Below, piece after piece: positions 1 through 8,946 of a stretch of DNA of 21,103 bases. The stretch's first letter is position 1; every line of letters starts with the position of its first letter. Under the pieces are notes generated by a model that made no database searches, was not told the origin of the DNA, and saw only the letters and a program-made list of their open reading frames with translations. The DNA is from an uncultured Acidobacteriota bacterium. GTDB taxonomy: Bacteria; Actinomycetota; Acidimicrobiia; Spongiisociales; ZC4RG35. Both the position numbers and the translations under genes were made by a program. The stretch is from assembly GCA_963828465.1 (NCBI GenBank), contig CAWHEU010000016.1:1-21103 (forward strand), in the 5' to 3' direction.

Positions 1-659
1 GCACAGCCTGTCCGACGAGGAACTGATCTCGGAGTGCCAGGGCTTCGCCAAGCAGGGGATCACCGCCTACAAGTACAAGATCGGTGGTCCCCGGGACCGG
101 GAGCGAACCGAGCTGCTCCGTCGGGAGATGGGTGATGACTTCACGCTCTTTGCGGGACGCCAACCAGCGATTCACCGTCAACGAAGCCCTGGCGACGGCC
201 CGGATGCTGGCTGACCAGGGAGTGCCTGGTTCGAGGAGCGAGTGCCTGGCCGACAGCACTGACGATCTGGCCGAGGTGGCGGCGGCCTCACCGGTGCCGG
301 TGGCGACCGGGGAGAACGTCTACTTCGGATGGGGCTTCCGGGAGATCTGTGACCGCCGCGCCGCCGCCTACCTGCAACCCGATGTCGGTCGATGCGGCGG
401 AATCACCGAATTCGTCAAGATCGCCCATCTCGCCGACGCCTACAACCTCGCCCTGAGCAGCCATCTCTGGCATGAGCTCTCGATCAGCCTGGTCGGGGCC
501 AGCCGACGGGGGTTCATGGTCGAATACGCAGAGCTCATCCCACCCGATGCATTGACATTGCCCTTCGAAGTCGTCGACGGGCGATCCATGTGCCCGACAT
601 GCAGGCTACGGCGTGGACCTCACCACGGATGCCTGAGCCGGTTCGCGGTCGAGACGTAG
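1..659 (+). CDS. Enolase superfamily enzyme, mandelate racemase subgroup (5'-truncated, several frameshifts as sequenced)
   Basis: Joining frames gives YKYKIG (KxK), FA/DANQ, WFEE, ATGEN, LQPDV, SSHLW, MVEY and IHVPD.PGYGVDL, ending at TAG 657-659. Single-base indels lie near 155, 225-245, 581, 602 and 631. Confidence 0.8.
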
Positions 660-661
660 CC

Positions 662-1748
662 GTGCGCATCGAGAAGCTGGAGATCCATCCGATCACCATG
701 ACTCTGCGCAGCCCGATCCCGATGTCCAACGGAGTGATCGAGAGCACGGGAACGTCCTCGTGAAGCTGGTCACCGACGACGGAGCGACCGGATGGGGTGA
801 GGGAGTGGAGGCGCCGTCGCTGACCCACCAGCGCCAAGCGGACATCGTGTCAGACCTCGAGATGCTCACTCCGCTGGTCATCGGGACCGACCCGATGCGG
901 CGCAACGAGGTCTGGGTCGATTGACCCAGGCCCGTCCGTCGGCGGCGACTGCCATCGGCGCCATCGATATCGCCCTTCACGACCTCGGGGGCAAGGTGCT
1001 CGGCGTTCCCGCCTCCCAACTTCTCGGCGGTGCAGTCCGAGACAGGATTCCTGCGCTGACGCTCGTCGGAAGTGGGGATCCGTCGGCCGACGCCGAGAAG
1101 CTGGCGGACCATCGTGAACAGGGATTCCATTGGTTCAAGATCAAGCTGGGGATGGCCGCCCCTGAATCCGAGTTGGCCACCCTCGCCAAAGCTGCCGAAC
1201 TGGTTGGCGAGGAGGGCGTCGTCTGTGGCGACGTCAACGAAGCGTGGACCGAAGATGAGGCTAGGTCATTTCTGGATCAGGTCGACCCGGACCGCGTCCG
1301 CTTCATCGAACAGCCGGTGCCCCGCTCGGACAGGGATGCCCTGATCCGGCTGGCGGAATCGGTACCCGTAAAGCTCTGCGCCGACGAGAGCGCTGGGAGC
1401 CTGCAGGCTGTAGTGGGTTTCGCAGGCACGCCCGTTGGCGGGGTGAGTCTCAAGCTGATCAAACACGGCGGGATGACCGGGGTGATGAGGGGCGCGGCTA
1501 TCTGCTCGGCCGGTGGGCTCGGGATCAACCTCGCCGGCAAGGTGATCGAGTCCAGTGTGTCGGCGGCGGCGAACCTCCACTGTGCAGCGGCGATGAATGC
1601 TGTCGATTTCGGGTGCAGCCCGGCCGATCAAGGTGTCGTGCAGGACGTCACCGAATCCCCCATCACCGTCACCAACGGCCAATTCGATATCCCCACCGCC
1701 CCGGGCCTCGGCATCGAGGTCGACGAGGGGATGGTGCGCCGCCTCTAG
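662..1748 (+). CDS. Enolase superfamily enzyme, muconate cycloisomerase/dipeptide epimerase (MLE) subgroup (two frameshifts as sequenced)
   Basis: GTG at 662 gives MRIEKLEIHPITMTLRSPIPMSNG. A missing G near 750 leads into NVLVKLVTDDGATGWGEG, and a missing G near 915 joins ORF 921..1748. That ORF has AIDIALHDL, FKIKLG, DVN, IEQP, ADES, a Lys at beta-6 (LKLIKHGG) and PGLGIEVD. Confidence 0.82.
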
Positions 1749-2587
1749 CGCGACACCACCCCACGGGACCGCAGACCGTGCCCCAACCGCAGCACGTGAG
1801 TCAGATCCTCGACCGAGCTGGCGGCGTCGGCTGCCTCGTCCGGGTCGGGAAAGAACCCGAAACAGCCGGACCCCGAGCCGGTCATGAGCACCGGTCCGCC
1901 CCACCGGATCCTGAGATCCGCCATGAAATCGGCCAGTGACGGTTCCAGATCGAAAGCGGCCGGAGTGAGATCGTTTCGGACCGGGATCCCATCACGCAGG
2001 CCTGGCGGCAGAAGACGCGGAGGGATCGTCTCGCCTTCAGGGCCTTCCATGTCGTCCCATCGCTGGTAGACCTCGGCGCTGGACATCTCGACCGGCGGCA
2101 CTGCCACGGCCACGGCGAATCCGGTCAGTGGCTGTAGAGACTCGACCCGATCACCGATCCCGGTCATCAGCAGCGTGCCACCGGTGAGAAACAGGGGGAC
2201 ATCGGCACCGATTGTCGGGGCGACCTCCTCCGCCACGGAACGCGGGACCTTTCCGATATCGGCAGCGGCTAGCAGCGTGGCGGCGGCATTGGAGCTTCCC
2301 CCGCCGAGCCCGGCTCCCACCGGGACTTGCTTGTCGAGCCGGACGTCGAGTGGTGGGACGAAGCCCCTCCCCCTCATCGCCTGCAACGATCGGCTCACGA
2401 GGTTGTCCTCCGGATCCAGATCGGCGCCTTCGATGACGAGATTGTCCTCCTCGGACTCCTCGACCTCGAGGAGATCGAGCCAGTCGATTGTCTGGACCAG
2501 CGACTGAAGGGGATGCATCCCGTCTGCCCGGGGCGTCTCGACGAGAAGGGCGAGATTGAGCTTGGCGGGTGACTCGTAGACGGTCAC
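1745..2587 (-). CDS. ispE: 4-diphosphocytidyl-2-C-methyl-D-erythritol kinase
   Basis: PAKLNLAL, the GHMP motif KQVPVGAGLGGGSSNAA, GADVPLF, NDL and MTGSGS. Lies directly downstream of rsmA with a GTGA overlap. Confidence 0.95.
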   Translation of the reverse strand: MTVYESPAKLNLALLVETPRADGMHPLQSLVQTIDWLDLLEVEESEEDNLVIEGADLDPEDNLVSRSLQAMRGRGFVPPLDVRLDKQVPVGAGLGGGSSNAAATLLAAADIGKVPRSVAEEVAPTIGADVPLFLTGGTLLMTGIGDRVESLQPLTGFAVAVAVPPVEMSSAEVYQRWDDMEGPEGETIPPRLLPPGLRDGIPVRNDLTPAAFDLEPSLADFMADLRIRWGGPVLMTGSGSGCFGFFPDPDEAADAASSVEDLTHVLRLGHGLRSRGVVSR

Positions 2588-3387
2588 GCTCGAGCCAGCG
2601 CCAGGTAGTCGGCCGGTGAGAGGTCCTCGGCCCGGGAGGTCGGGTCGATCCCGCTACGCCTGAGGATGGCCACCGGGTCCTCGAACACACCCGCGAGCGC
2701 CCCGCGGAGCATCTTGCGTCTCTGGTTGAAACCGGCCGCCGCGATCTCGATCGCCCGCTCGGCACCGTCCGGCGCCGGAACCCGATCAAGGACCACGACC
2801 GCTGACTCGACCCGTGGCGGCGGGTAGAACACCTGGGCCGGAACCGCGAAGGCCAGCCTGCCGACGGCATGGATCCCGGTCACGACCGAGGGCAGGCCGT
2901 ACTGCTTGCTGCCCGGCCCGGACACGAGACGCACGGCCACCTCCTTCTGCACCATCACCACAAAGCGCTCGATCTGGGGGACACGACGAAGGGCATCGAG
3001 GACCAATGGCGTCCCCACGTTGTATGGGAGATTGGCAACCATCACCCAGCGACCACCATTCAATTCTTCAGCGAGGTCGGCGTCGGTTATGTCGAGAAAG
3101 CGAAGCTCGACGGAGAGATCCCGGGTGACCTCGTCCAGCACGGGAAGAAGCCCGGCATCGATCTCGTAGGCGACGACGTGAGCACCCGTGGCGGCGAGAG
3201 CCCTGGTCAGAGTCCCCGTTCCGGCGCCGATCTCTACGACCTGCTCCCCGGAGCTCACTCCGGCGACGCCCACGATCTTCCGGGTGATGTTGGCATCGGC
3301 GAGGAAGTGCTGGCCCAGCCGCCGCGAGGGTGACAGACCATGACGCGAGAGCAGGCCGGCGATCTCGGACCTGGTCTGGGCAGTCAC
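2584..3387 (-). CDS. rsmA: 16S rRNA A1518/A1519 dimethyltransferase (KsgA)
   Basis: LGQHFL, VEIGAGTGTLT, VANLPYNV, MVQKEVA, FYPPPRVESAVV, FNQRRKML and RAEDLS. The GTG at 3387 overlaps the tatD stop (GTGA); the 5' extension to 3669 in the ORF track lies inside tatD. Confidence 0.95.
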   Translation of the reverse strand: MTAQTRSEIAGLLSRHGLSPSRRLGQHFLADANITRKIVGVAGVSSGEQVVEIGAGTGTLTRALAATGAHVVAYEIDAGLLPVLDEVTRDLSVELRFLDITDADLAEELNGGRWVMVANLPYNVGTPLVLDALRRVPQIERFVVMVQKEVAVRLVSGPGSKQYGLPSVVTGIHAVGRLAFAVPAQVFYPPPRVESAVVVLDRVPAPDGAERAIEIAAAGFNQRRKMLRGALAGVFEDPVAILRRSGIDPTSRAEDLSPADYLALARA

Positions 3388-4130
3388 CGTCCGAAGACTC
3401 TGGCCGTGTTGGCGGTGGTCACTCGCGCCACCTCTTCGACCTGCATTCCCCACACCCCGGCCAGAGCGGCGCCCACCAGCGCCACCCAGGCCGGCTCGTT
3501 GGGTTGGCCGCGGTGCGGTGGTGGCGCCAGGTACGGGGTGTCGGTCTCCACGAGCGCCCTCTCCGGCGGGACCTGAGCCGCCCCCAGCCTCACCGTCTCG
3601 CCGGTCTCGAAGGCAACGGGACCGGCAAATGAGAACATCACGCCCAGGTCGAGATAACGACGTGTCCACTTGGGACCACCCGTCCAGCAGTGCATGACCG
3701 TCTGCTCCCCCAACCCGGTTTCCTCGAGGATCTCGATCACGTTGGCGAAGGCATCGCGGCAGTGCACCACGATCGGTTTTCCCAGATCCACGGCCAGCCG
3801 GGCTTGATGACGAAAAGCCCTGGCCTGGTCGGCCCGAGACGATAGATCGCGGTAGAAGTCGAGACCGGTTTCCCCGATGGCTGCCGCGGTCAGGGCAATC
3901 TCGCTCAAACCGTCCGCTTGATCACGCCAGTTCGCCGCATCATGTGGATGGAGCCCCGCGGTCGCCAGCACCCGACCCGGATGTTTTGCGGCAAGGCGCG
4001 CCGCCCCCTTGGAGCTCTCCAGATCGACACCGGGAACCACTATCCAGTCGACCTCGGTGGCCCGCTCCAAGAGCAGCACCGGGTCGCGTTCGTCGAGCTG
4101 GAGGTGACAGTGGGTGTCGACCCATTGCAT
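3384..4130 (-). CDS. tatD: TatD family metal-dependent DNase/hydrolase
   Basis: DTHCHL, GLHPH, IGETGLDFY, VHCRDA, MHCW and ETDTPYLAP. The ATG at 4130 has TACCGT 6 nt upstream. Confidence 0.95.
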   Translation of the reverse strand: MQWVDTHCHLQLDERDPVLLLERATEVDWIVVPGVDLESSKGAARLAAKHPGRVLATAGLHPHDAANWRDQADGLSEIALTAAAIGETGLDFYRDLSSRADQARAFRHQARLAVDLGKPIVVHCRDAFANVIEILEETGLGEQTVMHCWTGGPKWTRRYLDLGVMFSFAGPVAFETGETVRLGAAQVPPERALVETDTPYLAPPPHRGQPNEPAWVALVGAALAGVWGMQVEEVARVTTANTARVFGR

Positions 4131-4136
4131 GCCGGG

Positions 4137-4175
4137 ACGGTACCCGGGCACCGGTGTGAACCCCCCGGGTAGGCT
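4137..4175. promoter_or_regulatory. Divergent tatD/abrB promoter region with two -10 hexamers and an 8-bp inverted repeat
   Basis: Minus-strand TACCGT (4142-4137) and plus-strand TAGGCT (4170-4175). The perfect inverted repeat TACCCGGG (4141-4148)/CCCGGGTA (4164-4171) overlaps both. Confidence 0.5.
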
Positions 4176-4199
4176 CGCCGCGGGGAAGCTGAGGTGGAT

Positions 4200-4433
4200 A
4201 TGGAAACTGGTATCGCCCGAAAGATCGACGACCTGGGACGCATCGTGATCCCGGCCGAGACGAGAAGGCTGTTCAACATCAGGGAAGGGGACCACCTCTT
4301 CATCGCGGTCGAAGGCGGATCGATCGTGTTGCGCAAGCTCACCGATACCTGCACTTTCTGTGGGTCGGAGACCAAAGTCACCCAGTTCAAAGAAAAGGGG
4401 ATCTGCGCAACCTGCCGCGCTCAGCTCCGTTGA
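4200..4433 (+). CDS. abrB: AbrB-type swapped-hairpin transcriptional regulator with a C-terminal 4-Cys domain
   Basis: TGIARKIDDLGRIVIPAETRR closely follows the Bacillus AbrB N-terminal pattern; C-terminus has CTFC...GICATC. GAGG at 4191-4194 precedes ATG 4200 (GTG 4194 is an alternative start). Confidence 0.88.
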   Translation: METGIARKIDDLGRIVIPAETRRLFNIREGDHLFIAVEGGSIVLRKLTDTCTFCGSETKVTQFKEKGICATCRAQLR

Positions 4434-5257
4434 TCACCGATCAAGACTTCGTAGATCTCACGACGCGATACACCGGTCTCCGTCGCGACCCGTCTGGCGG
4501 CTTCCGACGGAGCCGCACCGCCCTCGACGAGGCCCCGGGCCTCCACTAACGCCGCATCGAAGGAGGGCGCCTCGAGCGGACCGGGAGCGATCACCATGGT
4601 CACCTCACCCTTCACGTCCCGGTCCGACCACTCCTCGATTGCCTGCCCGACCGGGCCGGACCAAACCTCCTCGTGGAGCTTGGTCATCTCCCGCGTGATC
4701 ACGATCTCCCGTTCGGGACCGGTAACCGCAGCGATGGACTCCAGGTCCGCCAGGAGTCGATGGGGGCTGACAAACAGGATCACAGGCCGGTCCTCGCCAC
4801 CGATCCGACTCAGACGCTCTGACCGCTCTTTGCCCTTTCGTGGAAGAAAGCCCTCGAACACGAAGCGGTCTCCCCCGAAGCCGGCCAAAGCCACCGCGGA
4901 TACGACGGCGGAAGGCCCGGGCACCACTGTCACCAGATGACCCGCTTGCCGTGCCAGTCGGATCACATCGGAACCCGGATCGGACACCGTCGGCATTCCG
5001 GCATCAGTGACCATCGCCACCGCGAGCCCCTGATCGAGAGAAGCGAGCAGGTCCGCTGTCCTGCTCTTTTCGTTGCCCACGAAAAGAGACCTCATCGACG
5101 GGTTCGCCCCGACGTGCCGGAGCAGGGTGGCGGTGCGTCTGGTGTCCTCGGCGTAGACCACATCCGCCGTCTGGAGGACCTCACGGAGACGATCAGAGAC
5201 ATCGCCGAGATTTCCGATCGGGGTTCCACAAACGTATAGCCGGCCGCCGTCAGCCAT
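4421..5257 (-). CDS. rsmI: 16S rRNA C1402 2'-O-methyltransferase
   Basis: LYVCGTPIGNLGD, AEDTRRT, VTDAGMPTVSDPG, VVPGPSA, FEGFLPRK, REMTKLHEE and KGEVT. Confidence 0.96.
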   Translation of the reverse strand: MADGGRLYVCGTPIGNLGDVSDRLREVLQTADVVYAEDTRRTATLLRHVGANPSMRSLFVGNEKSRTADLLASLDQGLAVAMVTDAGMPTVSDPGSDVIRLARQAGHLVTVVPGPSAVVSAVALAGFGGDRFVFEGFLPRKGKERSERLSRIGGEDRPVILFVSPHRLLADLESIAAVTGPEREIVITREMTKLHEEVWSGPVGQAIEEWSDRDVKGEVTMVIAPGPLEAPSFDAALVEARGLVEGGAAPSEAARRVATETGVSRREIYEVLIGDQRS

Positions 5258-5567
5258 CTGTGATCTCGATCTGGTCCCCCACCTCTGGGAGCGGGCTACC
5301 CGCCGGAAGCTCGACGATCATGTGGGCCGAAGGGATGAACGTGACTCGATTGGGCGGCAGGGTCATCGTGGCCACCACCCTCATCCGGGCGTCGACCCCG
5401 ACCAGATCCAGGGGTCGGCGCCGGCCGAAACTGTGGACACTCGTGACCGGCAGGACCACGGCCGAGCCGGCCGGAGCACGCCAAACACCGAGCAGTCGAT
5501 CGGAGAAAGTTCGGGCCATGTAGCCGGTTGTGGCCCATTCGGGGGCGGAAAGCGCGACCCTCTGCAC
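5250..5567 (-). CDS. DUF192-like protein
   Basis: ARTFSDRLLG...SVHSFG..PLDLVGVD...IVELPAG fits the DUF192 pattern. Its stop overlaps the rsmI start, and TAGCGT lies 7 nt upstream of GTG 5567. Confidence 0.7.
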   Translation of the reverse strand: MQRVALSAPEWATTGYMARTFSDRLLGVWRAPAGSAVVLPVTSVHSFGRRRPLDLVGVDARMRVVATMTLPPNRVTFIPSAHMIVELPAGSPLPEVGDQIEITDG

Positions 5568-5606
5568 AGGGACGACGCTACGTGATCGTCGGAGCTGGAG
5601 TAAGGC

Positions 5607-6926
5607 CTAGCTGCTGACCGAGGCCAGGATCGACTCGCCCACCTCGGGCTGGTCGGCGGCAATGAATGCCAGCCGGCCATCATCGAGGACCTCGACCCAC
5701 GCGTAGTCCTCCTCCGCCACCGCCGTCAGGGCGTAGTCGAGCAAGGCTGCCCTCAACTCTTCTGTGTCGCGATCTGTGTCGCCTTCGAAGAGGATGAGCA
5801 AAGCTGCGTTCTGGCCATCGAACCACTGTGCGTAGTAGTCGCCTCCCCAACCATCGGCCGCGTCGACGCCTACTTCCTCCCCGAGGATCTGATCGATCAT
5901 GATCCTGAACCCGAATTCGCCCCATACCGACTCACGCTCGAGCTCGTAACCGGGGACCGACGGCGCTGTCGCCTCGAGTGACTTGGGGAGGTCCCTCTCG
6001 TAATCACTTGGCGTGATGATCTGCTCAGTCGATCCAGGAAGGCCGGGCATCTCGGCATAAGCCCCGTTCACCGTCGTCCACTGGTCCTGGAGGTAGTTGG
6101 CCTGCACCCATGCCAGGCCCGAGTCGTAGGGGAAAATCAACGAGTCCTGGATGAAGGCAGGGGCGGAGTCGAGCGCTGTGGTGTCCACGTCCAGGGCCTC
6201 GGAGAAGAACTCGCCAAGCTCTTCCTGGGTGAGAGTCTGCAGGTAGAGAAGCTCGGCCATGCTCGCGTCACCCTCGATGAGGGCCTGATAGGCCGAGGCC
6301 TCGTCGAGACGGTCCTCGTCGAGCATCGCCGTGTAGCTCGTGTGGAAATCGAGTTGATCATCGGTCAATGCATGAGTGAGCTCGTGGATCATGGTTCCCC
6401 GCTGGACGACGCTGAACCCCTCCTCCCGCATCGGCACAACAAGCTCACCGGTTTCCCCGTCGTAATAGCCGGCGACCTGCTCTCCATAGAGCTCGGTGAG
6501 GAGAGACTGGAGATTGACCTCGGCGTCGAGCAGGCCGAGGAGCTTGTACAGGGCCTCGTCTGCCGGGAAGTCTTCGGATTCGTCCTCGATCTGCGTGCGA
6601 ACGCGGTCCTCGAGCTCCTGCTCGGTGACGATCACGATGGTCGGTGGCTCCTGGAAGCGAAGCCCGCGGATCTCTTCGGTCGTGCGGACCAGCGCCAGCA
6701 GCTCGTCCTGGACTTCCGCAGGGAGAGCATCGATGCCGGGAAGCTCCTCCCAGGTCGGCTCGGCAAGCGTTGTCGTGGTCGAGGGGGCCTCGCCACCTGT
6801 CGTCGTGCTGCCCTCAGGTGCGCTCGACGTCGCCGATGGCGCCGTGGTGGTTGTGTCGGCGGTGGTCGATGTGCAGGCGCCGAGAATCAGGGCGCACGCG
6901 AGGATCATGGCAAGACGGCGGGTCAC
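5607..6926 (-). CDS. Acidic lipoprotein with a HExxH zinc-metallopeptidase-like domain
   Basis: Signal peptide MTRRLAMILACALILGA-C (lipobox), a Thr/Ser-rich linker, AGYYD, HELTHAL followed by ALIEGDA, FPYDSG and AADGWGGD. TAATCT lies 7 nt upstream of GTG 6926. Confidence 0.8.
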   Translation of the reverse strand: MTRRLAMILACALILGACTSTTADTTTTAPSATSSAPEGSTTTGGEAPSTTTTLAEPTWEELPGIDALPAEVQDELLALVRTTEEIRGLRFQEPPTIVIVTEQELEDRVRTQIEDESEDFPADEALYKLLGLLDAEVNLQSLLTELYGEQVAGYYDGETGELVVPMREEGFSVVQRGTMIHELTHALTDDQLDFHTSYTAMLDEDRLDEASAYQALIEGDASMAELLYLQTLTQEELGEFFSEALDVDTTALDSAPAFIQDSLIFPYDSGLAWVQANYLQDQWTTVNGAYAEMPGLPGSTEQIITPSDYERDLPKSLEATAPSVPGYELERESVWGEFGFRIMIDQILGEEVGVDAADGWGGDYYAQWFDGQNAALLILFEGDTDRDTEELRAALLDYALTAVAEEDYAWVEVLDDGRLAFIAADQPEVGESILASVSS

Positions 6927-7013
6927 GACAGTCAGATTATCGGCGCCAAATCGCTAGATCGTGAGTGGCGTTCAACCGAACCGGTGGATGGGTACCCTCG
7001 CCGTCGATGGTGG

Positions 7014-7025
7014 AAAGGAGGTGAT
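7014..7025 (+). promoter_or_regulatory. Strong Shine-Dalgarno site for the FDH catalytic gene
   Basis: AAAGGAGGTGAT is complementary to the 16S rRNA 3' end; GGAGG is 5 nt before GTG 7027. A candidate -10 TACCCT lies at 6993-6998. Confidence 0.75.
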
Positions 7026-7026
7026 T

Positions 7027-8946
7027 GTGAAGCGAAGCTACGCACGTCTCACCGAGCCGCTGGTGCGGGACAACGGATCGCTGCGCCCGGCGAGCATGGA
7101 CGAGGCCATGGAGCGGGTGGCCACAGGGCTCTCTCCCCACATGGGTGACGCCTTCGGGTTGTTCAGCTGCTCGAAGGGGACCAACGAGATGAACTACATG
7201 GCACAGAAGTTCGCCCGTGTGGTCATGGCCAGCAACAACATCGATAGCTGCAACCGCACTTGACACGCCCCTTCTGTCGCCGGTCTGGCGACTGTGTTCG
7301 GGGCTGGTGGCGGCACTAGCTCCTATCGAGAGATGGAAGACACAGACCTCATCGTCCTGTGGGGGTCGAACGCGCGCGAAGCGCATCCGATCTTCTTCCA
7401 CCACGTACTGAAGGCCATCAACAAGGGCGCCAGGATGTTCGCGGTCGACCCGAGACGAACCTCCTCGGCGGCATGGGCCGACGTCTGGCTCGGCATCGAC
7501 GTCGGGTCGGACATCGCACTTTCCAACACCTTGGCGTGGGAGATCATCAAATCGGACCTCTACCACGAACATTTCGTCGCCCACGCGACGTCGAGTTTCG
7601 ACGAGTACGTCGAGTCGGTGGAGCACTGGACACTGCAACGCGGTCAGGAGGTGACCGGTGTCCCCGCCGAGGCGATCAAGCAACTGGCCCACGAGTACGC
7701 CACCGCCCCCACCGCCCAGGTGTGCTGGACCCTGGGCATCACAGAGCATCACAACGCCACCGACAACGTCCTTGCCCTGATCAATCTCGCCCTTCTCTGC
7801 GGACATGTCGGGCGCTACGGGTCGGGGGTGGTCCCGATACGCGGCCAGAACAACGTCCAGGGCGGCGGCGACATGGGTGCCCTCCCCAATCGGCTCCCCG
7901 GATTCCAGCTGGTGGCCGACCCGGACCTGCGAGGGAAGTTCGAGACGGCCTGGGGATGCACGATCCCGCACAGGCCCGGCAAGCACATCAGCCTCATGCA
8001 CGAGGCAATGGATGAAGGCGAACTCCGTGCTCTCTACGTCATCGGCGAGAACCCTCTGCAATCCGAAGCCGATGCCCAGCAAATGGAGCGGAGACTGACC
8101 GGTCTCGATTTCATGGTGGTTCAAGACCTCTTCCTGACGGCCACGGCGGAGATAGCCGATGTCGTGCTGCCGGCCGCCGGGTGGGGTGAGGTCGAGGGGA
8201 CATTCACCTCGAGCGAGCGGAGAGTGCAGCGGGTGCGGAGGGCGATCGATCCGCCGGGCGAGGCCAGGGATGACCTCGAGCTCATGAGCATGGTGGCGCG
8301 GGCGATGGGCCACGATTGGCCCACGCCCACGGCCGAGGAGGCGTGGGACGAGTTGCGCAGTCTCTCGCCGATGCACGGCGGTATGACCTATGAGCGACTC
8401 GACGAGTCGGGCGGGCTGCAATGGCCGTGCCCGACCGAGGACCATCCCGGCACGCTGTTCCTCCATGGTCGGCTCTGGGAGGAGGAGACGGGGCCGAAAG
8501 CACCCTTCTCGGTTGTCGATTGGGTGCCACCGGTCGACGCCCTCAGCGAGGAGTTCCCGCTGCGTCTCACCACGGGCAGACGTCTCGACTCGTACAACAC
8601 GGGGGTGCAGAGCGGCCGCTACCCCTCTCCCCGGCGCATCCATGGCGTGCTCGACCTCTCCCCGGAGGACGCGGAGGCACTAGGCGTCCATGAGGGTGAG
8701 ACGGTGAGAGTGGTCTCCCGACGGGGCAATCTGGAGGCCCCGGTCCGGCTCGACCGCTCGCTCCGACCCGGATTGGCCTTCATGGCCGTCCATTTCCCCG
8801 ACGACACCGATGTGAACCAGCTCACCATCGACGCCTGGGACCCCAAGTCGGGAACCGCCGAGTTCAAGGCAACGGCGGTGCGGATCGAGACGCTGGTGTC
8901 CAGTGCACCGACCGGCAACGTTCGGCGCGCTCAGGACGGCCAGTGA
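7027..8946 (+). CDS. fdhF: Selenocysteine-containing Mo/W-bisPGD formate dehydrogenase catalytic subunit (639 aa, Sec79; lacks the N-terminal Fe-S domain)
   Basis: ORFs 6961..7263 and 7294..8946 are in one frame, separated only by TGA 7261-7263. The reading is NIDSCNRT-U-HAPSVAGL (E. coli FdhF: DCCARV-U-HGPSVAGL). Also present are the catalytic Arg in PIRGQNNVQG, ADVVLPAA, GTFTSSERRVQ, LTTGR and AEFKATAV. Confidence 0.93.
7261..7298 (+). promoter_or_regulatory. Bacterial SECIS element
   Basis: UGA, then 12 nt, then stem GTCGCC (7276-7281), loop GGTCT and GGCGAC (7287-7292). A lower stem pairs GACAC (7262-7266) with GTGTT (7294-7298). Loop G and U fall at +23/+24 from the U of UGA, as in the E. 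coli fdhF SECIS. Confidence 0.88.

Noticed and set aside
3388-4295. Long N-terminal extensions of rsmA (to 3669) and tatD (to 4295)
   Set aside because: They overlap tatD and abrB. Family motifs, the GTGA overlap and the -10 position support starts at 3387 and 4130.
6927-7026. Moco/Wco riboswitch upstream of fdhF
   Set aside because: The 100-nt region holds two promoters and an SD; no matching structure is seen.
6961-7263. 100-aa ORF as a separate gene, or fdhF as a nonsense pseudogene
   Set aside because: The stop is TGA at the exact Sec column, in frame with the downstream ORF and followed by a SECIS. The other lesions in this window are indels, not substitutions.
6937-8643. 568-aa minus-strand ORF
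   Set aside because: Antisense shadow of the FDH gene caused by high-GC codon bias; it has no recognizable motifs.
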